DNA of 64,000 nt from a virus (IMGVR_UViG_3300030451_005868:18669-82668), one strand, 5' to 3'. Shown: positions 1 to 9,937, numbered from the stretch's first letter. Numbers and translations: made by a program. The notes: generated by a model not told the origin, from the sequence alone.

Positions 1-2
1 TT

Positions 3-362
3 GTGCTAGGTATTAATAGAGGTGGATGTATCCCAGGAGTTTATCTAAGTCATCGTTTGAATGTACCACACGAAGTACTTGATATTAGATTGAGAGATCA
101 TACCAACAAACCAAATCTATCTGTGTTAGAAAAGTGCTTTGCTTATCAAAAAAAAATATTGATTGTTGACGACATCAATGACTCAGGGGCCACGTTCCAA
201 TACATATTAGACAACTTTGGTAAACATGAAGATAGAATAAAATTTGCGGCACTGATCAACAACAAGCCATCCAAGGTGGAAATGGATTACCACGGCTATG
301 AAATCAACAAAGATGAGGCGCCGGCTTGGATTGTATTCCCATGGGAAGAATGGGACAAATAA
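3..362 (+). CDS. Type I phosphoribosyltransferase, xanthine/guanine PRTase-like (probably 5'-partial)
   Basis: PRPP-binding motif ILIVDDINDSGAT, N-terminal GINRGG and C-terminal WIVFPWE as in Gpt-type enzymes. Confidence 0.85.
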   Translation: MLGINRGGCIPGVYLSHRLNVPHEVLDIRLRDHTNKPNLSVLEKCFAYQKKILIVDDINDSGATFQYILDNFGKHEDRIKFAALINNKPSKVEMDYHGYEINKDEAPAWIVFPWEEWDK

Positions 363-375
363 CGCCAAAGTTGTA

Positions 376-405
376 TTGACTTTATCACACAAATACTGTT
401 AAAAT
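376..405 (+). promoter_or_regulatory. Sigma70-like promoter for the permease
   Basis: TTGACT-N18-TAAAAT with an extended -10 TG; AAGGAG RBS before ATG 434. Confidence 0.6.
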
Positions 406-433
406 TACATTGAGTTAAACAAAAGGAGATAAC

Positions 434-1726
434 ATGTTAGATAAACTCTTTGGTTTGACAAAAGCCAAGACTTCAGTGAAAACTGAAATCATGGCCGGAG
501 TCGCCACTTTCCTAACAATGGCTTATATCACAGTGGTCAATCCTGCAATACTTTCTACAGAAGGTTCAGGAATGGACTTTGGTGCTGTATTCACAGCAAC
601 AATAATCGCCGCAGTGGTAGGGACATTGATTATGGGGTTATGGGCCAATTGGCCTGTAGCATTAGCACCAGGTATGGGACTGAATGCGTTCTTTACATTT
701 GGTGTGATCTTTGGAATGGGATATACTTTTCAACAGGCACTAGCCGCTGTATTTGTAGCGGGTGTTGTGTTTATTGTTTTGTCAGTAACACCTGCCAGAA
801 AGTATATTATTAATTCTATTCCGAAGAGTATGAAACTTGGAGTTGGAGCCGGTATAGGATTATTCCTTGCCATAATTGGTTTCAAAAATGCAGGCATAGT
901 AGTAGATAATCCTGCAACTCTAGTAGGACTTGGAGATATTTCCAGTTGGCCTGTGCTATTAGCAGGTTTAGGTTTTGCTGTAATGGCAATTCTAGACAAA
1001 AGAAAGATTCCAGGTGCAATCATAATCGGAATACTAGCAGTCAGTGTCATTGCTTGGGTATTTGGAGTGTCTGATCTAAATGGAGTTGCTGGTGCTATAC
1101 CTAGTCCGGCTCATGCTTTCAGTTTAGATTTCAGTCTGATTGCAACAGCAGGATTTATTGGTACAGCATTTGCATTCTTGTTTGTGGACTTTATGGACAC
1201 AGCAGGTACTTTGACTTCAGTTGCTAACCTTACAGGCAAAGTCAACAAAAACGGAGAAGTGGAAGGTATTGACAGAGCGTTGCTTTCGGATTCCGTTGCA
1301 ACATCTGTTGGTGCACTTGCGGGAACATCAAACACTACATCATATATTGAGAGTGGTGCTGGTATCAAAGAAGGTGGAAAAACTGGATTGACGGCAGTGA
1401 CAGTTGCAGTGCTATTTTTGGCCTGTCTGTTCTTTGCTCCGTTGGCCCAAAGTATTCCAGCGTTCGCAACTGCTCCGGCATTGATATTCATCGCGACATA
1501 TTTCTTGAGAAATCTTAAGGACATCGATTGGGATGATGTAAGTGAATACGCACCGGCCGTACTAGCGGCTGTGATAATGCCTTTGACATTTAGTATTGCC
1601 TACGGTATTGCGTTAGGATTTATTGCTTATGTGGTCATCAAGGCTCTAAGTGGTAAACACGCTGAATTGAACGGCGGCAGTCTTGCAATCGCGGCAGTAA
1701 GTTTATTATACTTCATAGCCGTATAA
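434..1726 (+). CDS. NCS2 family AzgA-type purine permease
   Basis: 430-aa polytopic membrane protein with TEIMAGVATFLTMAYI, ALAPGMGLNAFF, DFMDTAGT and TSYIESGAGI..GGKTGLTA signatures. Confidence 0.93.
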   Translation: MLDKLFGLTKAKTSVKTEIMAGVATFLTMAYITVVNPAILSTEGSGMDFGAVFTATIIAAVVGTLIMGLWANWPVALAPGMGLNAFFTFGVIFGMGYTFQQALAAVFVAGVVFIVLSVTPARKYIINSIPKSMKLGVGAGIGLFLAIIGFKNAGIVVDNPATLVGLGDISSWPVLLAGLGFAVMAILDKRKIPGAIIIGILAVSVIAWVFGVSDLNGVAGAIPSPAHAFSLDFSLIATAGFIGTAFAFLFVDFMDTAGTLTSVANLTGKVNKNGEVEGIDRALLSDSVATSVGALAGTSNTTSYIESGAGIKEGGKTGLTAVTVAVLFLACLFFAPLAQSIPAFATAPALIFIATYFLRNLKDIDWDDVSEYAPAVLAAVIMPLTFSIAYGIALGFIAYVVIKALSGKHAELNGGSLAIAAVSLLYFIAV

Positions 1727-1731
1727 GTTAC

Positions 1732-1755
1732 ATGGGGGAATTAATTTTCCCCCAT
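1732..1755 (+). terminator. Stem-loop after the permease, possible terminator
   Basis: ATGGGGGAA-ttaatt-TTCCCCCAT, 9-bp stem; the U-tail is weak. Confidence 0.5.
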
Positions 1756-1778
1756 TCACAAAATATCTAAATAAAATT

Positions 1779-2471
1779 ATGTTAATCATTCCAGACCTAG
1801 TAAATGTTACTCGTTACTTTAAGGGTATGGATAACCTTGAAAGATGTAAAGATAAAAAACATTGGCTTGATTACAATAAAAAAATTACATACAAATATAA
1901 TTCAAGAGGATTCAGAGATGATGAATGGCCAGCAGATTTGTCAAATGTCATATGGTGTGTAGGTGATAGTTTTACTGTGGGTATAGGACAGCCTTTTAAA
2001 GAAATATGGCCGCGTTTATTACAAACCAAAATTGGAAAACGATGCTTGAATATTTCCCGAGACGGTATGAGCAATGATACAATAGCATTAATGATAAAAG
2101 AAATAGTCAACACTTACAATCCAAAAAATGTTGTGGTCATGTGGAGTTACTTTCATAGAAGAAGAGTAAACGACCTCGATGTACACCATAATAAAAATGA
2201 TTTTGGCGTTAAACAGGATCTTGAAAATTTTTGTAAAAATTACAAATCTGTAGAAAAATTACCTACAAACATAATACATACACTAATTCCAAATGCTTTT
2301 ATGCATGATAGAAACTTTACCAAGTATGCAATTGATAAACAACTTACAAAAAAAACTGAAATTATAGAGTGCCAACAATTAGACAGGGGAAGAGATGGAA
2401 GTCATTTTGATATCAAAACAAGTGAACTTATATCAACAGAGATTACAAAACTTTTGAAAGATGATATATAA
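1779..2471 (+). CDS. SGNH/GDSL-like protein
   Basis: GDSFT block I, VVMWS, C-terminal DGSH; also a YNSRGFRD motif. Confidence 0.65.
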   Translation: MLIIPDLVNVTRYFKGMDNLERCKDKKHWLDYNKKITYKYNSRGFRDDEWPADLSNVIWCVGDSFTVGIGQPFKEIWPRLLQTKIGKRCLNISRDGMSNDTIALMIKEIVNTYNPKNVVVMWSYFHRRRVNDLDVHHNKNDFGVKQDLENFCKNYKSVEKLPTNIIHTLIPNAFMHDRNFTKYAIDKQLTKKTEIIECQQLDRGRDGSHFDIKTSELISTEITKLLKDDI

Positions 2472-2472
2472 T

Positions 2473-2501
2473 TTGACAAAACATCTAAATAATTATATAA
2501 T
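2473..2501 (+). promoter_or_regulatory. Consensus sigma70 promoter
   Basis: Exact TTGACA-N17-TATAAT; a late-type TAAATA lies in the spacer. Confidence 0.8.
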
Positions 2502-2512
2502 AAGATTACATT

Positions 2513-2911
2513 ATGGGAAACATAGCAGGAAAAATTTGGGGACAAACAGAACTTATTTTAGCAAATAGTTCTTGTGAATTTCACAGAATAGATTTTGTAA
2601 AAGGTGGTGTGTGTTCCAAACACAAACACGAATGGAAATGGAATGGTTTCTACGTAATGGAAGGCGAGATGAAAATCCGTGTATGGCAAAAAGACTACGA
2701 CTTAATAGACGAAACCATACTTAAAGCCGGTGACTTCACAGCAGTAAAACCAGGACTATATCATTCTTTTGAAGGATTGGAGTCGGGAGTTGCGTTTGAA
2801 TTATACTGGGCGGAATTCAGACACAACGATATAGTTAGAGAATCAGTAGGTCATTTAAAATCCAGTAACGTAGTAAGACTAGATAAAAAAAATGACAAAT
2901 CAAGAAAATAA
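2513..2911 (+). CDS. Cupin-domain protein (sugar isomerase/epimerase-like)
   Basis: SKHKH...FYVMEG and VKPGLYHSF cupin motifs. Confidence 0.75.
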   Translation: MGNIAGKIWGQTELILANSSCEFHRIDFVKGGVCSKHKHEWKWNGFYVMEGEMKIRVWQKDYDLIDETILKAGDFTAVKPGLYHSFEGLESGVAFELYWAEFRHNDIVRESVGHLKSSNVVRLDKKNDKSRK

Positions 2912-2943
2912 AATTTTAAACCACAACAAACTGGAGTTTTGTT

Positions 2944-3369
2944 TTGGCTGACATCTATACAATTTACGCAGATCACAAAGAAGACATCAGTGCTCAAGAT
3001 TTTGTTGCCAAGATGACTTTATTCTTGGACAAATTAGTGCAACACAAAAAAATGATTTGTTATAGGATCACAAGAATGAAATTAGGTTTTAGATCTATGG
3101 ATCTGCCAGAGTTTAGGATAGACATGGAATTTGAAAACATGCAACAGTTGGATGATGCTATGACCACTACTATTGCTGACAAAGGAATAGACAAGGTTCA
3201 TGTTGGATTCAATCAATATGTAAACACAGACACAATTCAACACTTTTTGTACAGAGATTTTCCAGACAACCTAAATACCAAAAAGTTGACAAAAACACAA
3301 GAAGCATTTACAATAGATGAAGTCGTACAGGCAACAAAAAATATAAAACCAGATTTATGGAAAAATTAA
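2944..3369 (+). CDS. Hypothetical protein, DUF6614-like
   Basis: TTG start after GGAG; YRITRMKLGF..LPEFRIDMEF..QLDDA pattern recalled from that family, not searched. Confidence 0.5.
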   Translation: MADIYTIYADHKEDISAQDFVAKMTLFLDKLVQHKKMICYRITRMKLGFRSMDLPEFRIDMEFENMQQLDDAMTTTIADKGIDKVHVGFNQYVNTDTIQHFLYRDFPDNLNTKKLTKTQEAFTIDEVVQATKNIKPDLWKN

Positions 3370-4244
3370 GATATTCAGAGATATTTTATTCTGTGCAGGG
3401 CGAAGGCAGATTTGTGGGTGTGCCAAGTGTGTTCTTTAGAGTGTTTGGTTGCAACTTCAATTGTCATGGGTTTGGACAGGGCAGAGACAAAAGCAAATGG
3501 TTAAAGCCTGAAGAGATGCCTTACATGACACAGGACTTGTCACATGTCAAGCACGTGAGAGATCTGCCTGTAGTAGAAATAGGTTGTGATGCTTCAGCCA
3601 GTTGGGCATCAAGATACAAACATCTTGTTAGTTGGGACAGTGTGGAAAAGATAGCCACTGACGTAACAGCATACACGCCTGAGAATCGATGGACATGTAG
3701 CAACGGAAAAGATGTGCATTTCATAATCACCGGAGGCGAGCCTATGCTGTGGCAGAGAGAAACACAACAATTGTTAAGACAACCAGCGTTCAATGACTTG
3801 AAGAATCTCACAATTGAAACCAATTGCACACAGGCCTTCAAAGCAGATTTCCAAAGATTTTTGCATGGACTGGTTGCAGGCGATTACACAAAAGATCCTG
3901 TACACATCACTTGGTCCACTTCGCCAAAACTCACAATATCCGGAGAGGCATGGAACAAGGCCATCAAGCCGGATGTGGCGAGACAGTATGCAGAAATACC
4001 AAACTCACACTTGTATTTTAAATTTGTCATACAAGACGAACAAGATTTGGTAGAAGTAGACAAAGCCAGAGAATTGTATGCTAAAGCAGGTGTAGACGCA
4101 GATATATATTTGATGCCAGTTGGTGCAACACAAGAAGGTCAGGCAAAAACCAGTAGACAAGTGGCAGATATTTGTTTACAATATGGTTACAAATATTCAC
4201 CAAGATTACACGTGGATTTATTTGGAAACAAATGGGGAACATAA
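3357..4244 (+). CDS. queE: 7-carboxy-7-deazaguanine synthase-like radical SAM enzyme
   Basis: SEIFYSVQGEG...GVPSVFFR..GCNFNC, ITGGEP, IETN, SPKL, FKFV and C-terminal SPRLHVDLFG. Confidence 0.85.
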   Translation: MEKLRYSEIFYSVQGEGRFVGVPSVFFRVFGCNFNCHGFGQGRDKSKWLKPEEMPYMTQDLSHVKHVRDLPVVEIGCDASASWASRYKHLVSWDSVEKIATDVTAYTPENRWTCSNGKDVHFIITGGEPMLWQRETQQLLRQPAFNDLKNLTIETNCTQAFKADFQRFLHGLVAGDYTKDPVHITWSTSPKLTISGEAWNKAIKPDVARQYAEIPNSHLYFKFVIQDEQDLVEVDKARELYAKAGVDADIYLMPVGATQEGQAKTSRQVADICLQYGYKYSPRLHVDLFGNKWGT

Positions 4245-4564
4245 TGAAGGTTAAAAAAACAAAAAACAGCAAAGCAAAGTCAAAAAAGGGCACAAAGAAA
4301 AGCGAAGAGCCTATGGTCAAGGTTCTTAATATGAACGTAAATCCAGATAATCCAAGAAATGGATTTTTTGAATTGGATTGGAATGACGAATTTGTTAACA
4401 TGCTCACACAACACGGATATCAAGGAGAGTCGCAGGAAGAGATAGTTGATAGATGGTTCCAAACTCTTTGTAGAACGATTGGCAATGAGCAGGGCATAGA
4501 TGTTACAGGTTCTGGATATGTGCAAGTAAACAGAAGAGAAGACGGCAAAACTGAAATATCCTAG
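4244..4564 (+). CDS. Hypothetical phage protein
   Basis: ATG overlaps the queE stop (TAATG); GFFELDWNDEFV and IVDRWF blocks. Confidence 0.7.
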   Translation: MKVKKTKNSKAKSKKGTKKSEEPMVKVLNMNVNPDNPRNGFFELDWNDEFVNMLTQHGYQGESQEEIVDRWFQTLCRTIGNEQGIDVTGSGYVQVNRREDGKTEIS

Positions 4565-4593
4565 TAGACATATAATCATACCTGTGTTATAAT
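4565..4593 (+). promoter_or_regulatory. Sigma70-like promoter, probably giving a leaderless mRNA
   Basis: TAGACA-N17-TATAAT with ATG 5 nt downstream (4599). Confidence 0.65.
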
Positions 4594-4598
4594 TGCAT

Positions 4599-5585
4599 AT
4601 GACTCATATATTAGTGGACACAGCAAATACATTCTTTAGAGCAAGACATGTGATCAGAGGTGATACTTCTGAAAAAATTGGCATGGCCATACATATTATG
4701 ATGAATTCAATCAAAAAAGCCTGGCAGGACTTTGATGGCACACACGTTATATTTTGCTTAGAAGGACGTAGTTGGCGTAAGGATCATTATGCACCCTACA
4801 AACGCAATAGAAAAGATGCCGTTGATGCCATGACCACACAGGAAAAAGAAGAAAACGAAGTATTTTGGGAATGTTATGATGACTTTTGCAAATTTATTAC
4901 AGAAAAGACTAATGTTACTGTGTTGAGAAATCCAAGAACAGAAGCAGACGACTTGATTGCACGTTGGATTGACAGGCATCCTGATCAATCACATGTGATA
5001 GTCAGCACAGACAAAGACTTGAATCAGTTAGTAAAGCCTGGTGTGAAACAATATAACGGCGTTACAGAACAAACAATGACACATGAAGGATGGTTTGACA
5101 AAAAAGGCAATCCTGTGATAGACAAAAAAACTAAAGCACCAAAGCCTGCACCAGATCCAGAGTGGATCGTGTTTGAAAAAGCCATGAGAGGTGATCCAAG
5201 TGATAATATTTTTAGTGCATATCCTGGTGTAAGAACAAAAGGTACAAAAAACAAAATAGGACTACAAGAAGCCTTTGCTGATCGTAATGAAAAAGGATAC
5301 ACTTGGAACAATTTAATGCTGAGTAAATGGGTTGATCCAGAAGGAAAAGAACATAGAGTGCTAGAAGATTATGAAAGAAATAAATTGCTTGTAGATCTAC
5401 ACGCACAACCAGAAGCAATAGTTGAAGAATTAGATCAAACGATAGATCAAGCCAAGGCAGAAAATAAAAGCATAAGCCAAGTTGGAATCAGATTCATGAA
5501 GTTTTGTGCCAAGTATGATTTAAATAAAATTAGTGAGCAGGCTCAGTTGTATGTTGAGCCATTTAATGCGAGGTTAGGTGTATGA
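4599..5585 (+). CDS. rnh: T4 RNase H-like 5'-3' exonuclease/flap endonuclease
   Basis: ILVDTAN, SWRKDHYAPYKRNR, EADDLIA, STDKDL and GDPSDNI acidic motifs of the FEN/PIN family. Confidence 0.85.
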   Translation: MTHILVDTANTFFRARHVIRGDTSEKIGMAIHIMMNSIKKAWQDFDGTHVIFCLEGRSWRKDHYAPYKRNRKDAVDAMTTQEKEENEVFWECYDDFCKFITEKTNVTVLRNPRTEADDLIARWIDRHPDQSHVIVSTDKDLNQLVKPGVKQYNGVTEQTMTHEGWFDKKGNPVIDKKTKAPKPAPDPEWIVFEKAMRGDPSDNIFSAYPGVRTKGTKNKIGLQEAFADRNEKGYTWNNLMLSKWVDPEGKEHRVLEDYERNKLLVDLHAQPEAIVEELDQTIDQAKAENKSISQVGIRFMKFCAKYDLNKISEQAQLYVEPFNARLGV

Positions 5586-6094
5586 CAGTAAGAGCAAAAA
5601 CACTTGTAAAAGATAAATTTTGGATTGTGGAGCAGAACGGACAAAAGTTAGGCACTCTACAAAAACAAGAAGGCAATGGTTGGATATTTCTTAGCAAAAA
5701 AGATTCAAGACAAGTTTTCCATACAAAAGAAAGTCTTTTTACACGTTTTGGATTTAACATTTTTGACAAAGCAAATGAAGTTAAAAGCGAGGCGTTAGAA
5801 CAGACAGACAACTTTGATGTGCATGGATATCCAAGTAGTCAACATCCATACAATCCAATGTTTGATGTTCAAAAGCAGTTGCCTGTTTACACTAAAACAC
5901 CAAAATCAAAAAGTCAATTTTGTGCAGGTTACTACATAATCTGTTTTGAAAAGGGATGGCGTAAGGCATACTGTCCAAAAATGATAACCTTATCACGATA
6001 TCCATACAAAGGACCAATGAAAACAAAACTAGAAATGCAACAGGTATTAAACAATGCAGTCAAAGAGTTCCAAAATACAAACACGTCCAATTGA
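5582..6094 (+). CDS. Hypothetical phage protein
   Basis: ATGA overlap with the upstream gene; no recognisable motif. Confidence 0.7.
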   Translation: MTVRAKTLVKDKFWIVEQNGQKLGTLQKQEGNGWIFLSKKDSRQVFHTKESLFTRFGFNIFDKANEVKSEALEQTDNFDVHGYPSSQHPYNPMFDVQKQLPVYTKTPKSKSQFCAGYYIICFEKGWRKAYCPKMITLSRYPYKGPMKTKLEMQQVLNNAVKEFQNTNTSN

Positions 6095-6311
6095 AGATTT
6101 TCTTGGCAGAGTTAGAACACTCAGGCAACAAGGACAAAAACAGATTATAATTCAAGCCGCTGAAGCAGATCGGTTGGCAGATAGTCTTAGTCAAGTAATG
6201 ACTAGGTTGGCAGGTATACAAGAGGAAGTCATAGACGCACTAAAGACCGCCCAGCAGGCCCAAACAGTAGACATCGAAATGGACGGTGGCGACTTTAAAA
6301 AAAGCAAGTAA
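6054..6311 (+). CDS. Hypothetical protein
   Basis: Fits the operon tiling; helical, ends in a MDGGDF motif. Confidence 0.6.
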   Translation: MQSKSSKIQTRPIEDFLGRVRTLRQQGQKQIIIQAAEADRLADSLSQVMTRLAGIQEEVIDALKTAQQAQTVDIEMDGGDFKKSK

Positions 6312-6351
6312 TCACTAGCATTAAATTTTTTGGTAAATATAGTTATAAACT

Positions 6352-6639
6352 ATGAGTAGACCAAAACCAACAGTGCTGTTGCAACACAGCAATAAAACCA
6401 CGTTCAAATTGGACGAGGTGTTAGCCGCTGAAGGAATATGGGCAGTGTTCTATGACGGAAAACCCATAAACCTTAAGTCGTCTAGCCTCGTGGCTAATTA
6501 TCCAGGTCCAAAATACAAAAAGGTTAGTTTTTCAAATCCTGGACATGCAGAAAATCTAGCCAAAAAGTTGAACGCTCAACACAACACCGATAAATTTGGT
6601 GTATATCTTTTAAAAACTGGCGATAAATTCTCAAGATAA
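6352..6639 (+). CDS. Hypothetical phage protein
   Basis: TAAATA at 6334-6339 upstream; basic 95-aa ORF. Confidence 0.7.
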   Translation: MSRPKPTVLLQHSNKTTFKLDEVLAAEGIWAVFYDGKPINLKSSSLVANYPGPKYKKVSFSNPGHAENLAKKLNAQHNTDKFGVYLLKTGDKFSR

Positions 6640-6647
6640 TTAAGTGT

Positions 6648-7043
6648 ATGGATGTAAAGACAGCCTACACAAGAACCTTCTTGATGCTGAAAGACCAGCC
6701 AACACATGATGAAAGTGTGAAAGCCAGTTACTTTGCCTGGTGGCAGAATGTGCGTGAAAGTTACCAAGCACGTAGCCTTAGACTTACCAAACTTGGTTTA
6801 GAGTGGATCCAATCCTGTGACATCAAATGTTATGAGATCAAATTTCCTGCAAAAATAATATTCACACCACAAACATATCTATGGTTAGATGAATTTGTTG
6901 ACTGTCCATATTATGTAGACAAAAAAAGAATACTAGTGACCATGGAAAAAATGGCTCTACAGTTGATGATGTTTGCAGGAGATATTACAAAATACGGTCT
7001 AGCACGGGCAATGAGCAAAGCGGACGAACAAAAAAGTCAGTAA
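6648..7043 (+). CDS. Hypothetical phage protein
   Basis: Operon tiling and typical codon usage. Confidence 0.7.
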   Translation: MDVKTAYTRTFLMLKDQPTHDESVKASYFAWWQNVRESYQARSLRLTKLGLEWIQSCDIKCYEIKFPAKIIFTPQTYLWLDEFVDCPYYVDKKRILVTMEKMALQLMMFAGDITKYGLARAMSKADEQKSQ

Positions 7044-7062
7044 AATAGCGACTTTTAAGCGG

Positions 7063-7090
7063 TTGACCTATAACATATTTCTGCTATAAT
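7063..7090 (+). promoter_or_regulatory. Sigma70-like promoter
   Basis: TTGACC-N16-TATAAT with an extended -10 TG. Confidence 0.65.
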
Positions 7091-7124
7091 GATTATATAA
7101 ACATTTAGAACAGGAGTGTACAAA

Positions 7125-8225
7125 ATGGTTAAGAAAAACAAAGAAACAGCAGTTGGTTCGCAGAACAGAACTGTTACACCAAACGAGGCAAAATCAGCAT
7201 TAGAACATTGCATAAAATTACAAAGACCCATAATGATGTGGGGTGCACCAGGTATTGGTAAGTCAGATATTGTTAAGCAGGTTGCAGATGGCGAGAACAG
7301 ACCTGTGATTGACATTAGACTTCCATTATGGGAGCCAACAGACATAAAAGGTATTCCGTATTATAATTCTAAGGAAAATAACATGGTTTGGGCAAGTCCG
7401 GCAGAACTGCCAACAGATCCAAAATCCAATGCGATAGTGTTTTTAGATGAACTTAATTCGGCGGCGCCGGCTGTACAGGCGGCGGCATATCAACTAATAT
7501 TGAATAGAAGAGTTGGACAATATGTGTTGCCAGAAGGAGTAGCAATAGTGGCGGCAGGTAACAGAGACTCAGACAAAGGCGTAACATACAGAATGCCGGC
7601 ACCTTTGGCAAATAGATTTGTACACATTGAACTAAGAGTAGACTATGACGATTGGTTACAATGGGCAACAGACAGAAAAATTCATGCAGATGTAGTAGGA
7701 TACTGCACATTCGCAAAACAGGATTTATATGATTTTGATCCAAAAGGATCAAGTAGATCATTTGCAACTCCAAGATCTTGGAGTTTTGTAAGCCAACTTC
7801 TATCGGATGACCTGCCAGAAAGTACGCTCACTGACCTCGTTGCAGGTTGCGTAGGAGAGGGATTGGCCGTTAAATTTATGAATCATCGTAAAGTTAGCGG
7901 TCAACTTCCAAATCCGTCCGATATATTGAGCGGTAAGGTCAAAGACCTTAAGACAAAAGAAATCTCAGCCATGTACTCACTTACTGTGTCGTTGTGTTAT
8001 GAACTACAACAGGCACACGAAAAGAAAGTGAAGGATTGGAACGCACAGGCAGACAGGTACTTTAATTACATGATGGACAACTTTGAAACTGAGTTGGTTG
8101 TTATGGGTGCCAAAATTGCCTTGACCAACTACAAACTTCCGTTTGATCCTAGCAAGTTGAAATCATTTGATAGGTTCCATAAGAAGTTTGGCAAGTATGT
8201 CATTACTGCTATGGAGTCTAAATAA
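7125..8225 (+). CDS. MoxR-like AAA+ ATPase
   Basis: Walker A GAPGIGKS, Walker B FLDELN, AAGN sensor, LANRF arginine finger, TPRSW; AGGAG RBS favours ATG 7125. Confidence 0.9.
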   Translation: MVKKNKETAVGSQNRTVTPNEAKSALEHCIKLQRPIMMWGAPGIGKSDIVKQVADGENRPVIDIRLPLWEPTDIKGIPYYNSKENNMVWASPAELPTDPKSNAIVFLDELNSAAPAVQAAAYQLILNRRVGQYVLPEGVAIVAAGNRDSDKGVTYRMPAPLANRFVHIELRVDYDDWLQWATDRKIHADVVGYCTFAKQDLYDFDPKGSSRSFATPRSWSFVSQLLSDDLPESTLTDLVAGCVGEGLAVKFMNHRKVSGQLPNPSDILSGKVKDLKTKEISAMYSLTVSLCYELQQAHEKKVKDWNAQADRYFNYMMDNFETELVVMGAKIALTNYKLPFDPSKLKSFDRFHKKFGKYVITAMESK

Positions 8226-9460
8226 TGGTAGATTACAGAGAACAAAAAATCATAGACAAATTAGTCACAGCAAGGATTGCCTTACTACTAAAACATCCGT
8301 TTTTTGGTAACCTTGCCACTAGATTAAAACTGGTCAATGCAGACGATTGGTGTCCAACAGCAGGCACAGATGGTAGACACTTTTTCTACAACACCAAGTT
8401 CATAGATAGTCTATCTCCAAGAGAAGCAGAGTTCTTATTTGGACACGAGGTACTACACAATGTATTTGAACACATGATGGTTAGAATAGGCAGTAGGGAT
8501 CCGCAACTTTGGAACATTGCGGCAGACTTTGCAGTGAATCAAATACTCAAGGATGCCAGCATTGGAGAAATGCCTAAAGGCAAAAAGGGCGAGAACAAAG
8601 GTTTCCAAGATGACAAATACAAGGACTGGCCAGCAGAAAGAATCTATGATGACATAATGAAAAACGCCAAGAAGATAGATATGAGTAAGATGGGCGAACT
8701 GTTGGACGAGCATGTGGACTGGGGCAAAGAAAGTGAAGGACAAGGTTCTGGTAAGAAAAATGGTAAAGGAAAAGAAGGCAAAGGCAAACCTGTTTATACA
8801 AAAGAAGAACTTAAGAAGATCAGAGACGAAGTCAAAGAAGCAATGGTCAGTGCCGCACAGAGCACAGGTGCAGGCAACTTGCCAGGTGCATTACAGAGAT
8901 TGGTTGCAGATCTTACAGAGCCTAAAATGGACTGGAGAGAAATACTGCAACAACAGATCATGAGTACTATTAAGAGTGATTATACTTGGATGAGACCGAG
9001 CAGAAAGGCTTGGCATACATCTGCCATACTGCCCGGACAAAACAACGACGAGATGATTGATATCTGTCTTGCATTGGATGCCAGTGGCAGTATCAGCAAC
9101 GATCAGTGTAAAGAATTTTTGACAGAAGTAAAAAATATAATGGATCAATACAAAGACTTTCGAATACATCTTTGGAGTTTTGACACAGCGGTATTCAATC
9201 CAAAAGTTTTTACTCCTGACAATGCAGATGAACTATTGGACTATACACTAGGTTCTGGGGGTGGTACAGAGTTTGAATGCAATTGGGACTATATGAAAGA
9301 ACAAGGCATAGAACCTAAAAAATTTGTAATGTTTACAGATGGCTGGCCTTTTGATTCTTGGGGAGATGCGGACTACTGTGACACAATATTTCTTATCAAC
9401 AATCCATACGAAAGAGACATAGAAGCGCCTTTTGGAATGACGGTACAGTACAATGATTAA
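8225..9460 (+). CDS. Metallopeptidase-like domain plus vWA domain (DUF2201-like), partner of the AAA+ ATPase
   Basis: HEVLH (HExxH), MIDAS DASGSI, GGGTEF and FTDG. Confidence 0.85.
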   Translation: MVDYREQKIIDKLVTARIALLLKHPFFGNLATRLKLVNADDWCPTAGTDGRHFFYNTKFIDSLSPREAEFLFGHEVLHNVFEHMMVRIGSRDPQLWNIAADFAVNQILKDASIGEMPKGKKGENKGFQDDKYKDWPAERIYDDIMKNAKKIDMSKMGELLDEHVDWGKESEGQGSGKKNGKGKEGKGKPVYTKEELKKIRDEVKEAMVSAAQSTGAGNLPGALQRLVADLTEPKMDWREILQQQIMSTIKSDYTWMRPSRKAWHTSAILPGQNNDEMIDICLALDASGSISNDQCKEFLTEVKNIMDQYKDFRIHLWSFDTAVFNPKVFTPDNADELLDYTLGSGGGTEFECNWDYMKEQGIEPKKFVMFTDGWPFDSWGDADYCDTIFLINNPYERDIEAPFGMTVQYND

Positions 9461-9575
9461 AATGTTTTTTGTTAAGTTAAAAGAACTCATGACAGACTGG
9501 ATGTATCATCCTGTGACTTTAGCCATAGCAGTAGTATTATTTTCACTTTTAATATTCGAGGTAGGTATTGGATAA
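9453..9575 (+). CDS. Small membrane protein, 40 aa (not in the ORF track)
   Basis: MIKMFFVKLKELMTDWMYHPVTLAIAVVLFSLLIFEVGIG; overlaps both neighbours and has one hydrophobic segment. Confidence 0.5.
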   Translation: MIKMFFVKLKELMTDWMYHPVTLAIAVVLFSLLIFEVGIG

Positions 9576-9937
9576 TGATGTTGTTTCCCAACCAAAACCC
9601 GTATTCAGGAAAAATGAATAAAGTTAAGTGTCTACGTAATTGGATGATAGACACTGCAACAGTTTTGTTTGATGACAATCACAACGATTTAAGGTCACTG
9701 CCAAAAACTGTGAGATTACAGATATTAGTAGTCCTAAGTTTTGTTTGGAGCACAGTATTCACAGTGTATTTCTTTTCCATTTACACCATGCTTTGGGGTT
9801 GGGTTGGCTTAGTTATAGGACATTTGGGAGTGATATTTGCGATGTATTACACTTTTAAACAGTTTCATAATAAACCGTACAAAAGAGAACCTGATCGGAA
9901 TGAACCTCCGTTGTATGATGATGTGTGGGGTGCTTAA
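9575..9937 (+). CDS. Membrane protein with two predicted TM segments
   Basis: Two hydrophobic stretches; the start may lie further downstream. Confidence 0.65.
   Translation: MMLFPNQNPYSGKMNKVKCLRNWMIDTATVLFDDNHNDLRSLPKTVRLQILVVLSFVWSTVFTVYFFSIYTMLWGWVGLVIGHLGVIFAMYYTFKQFHNKPYKREPDRNEPPLYDDVWGA

Noticed and set aside
730-1524. Antisense ORFs within the permease, and similar short overlapping ORFs throughout the window
   Set aside because: Fully nested opposite well-supported genes
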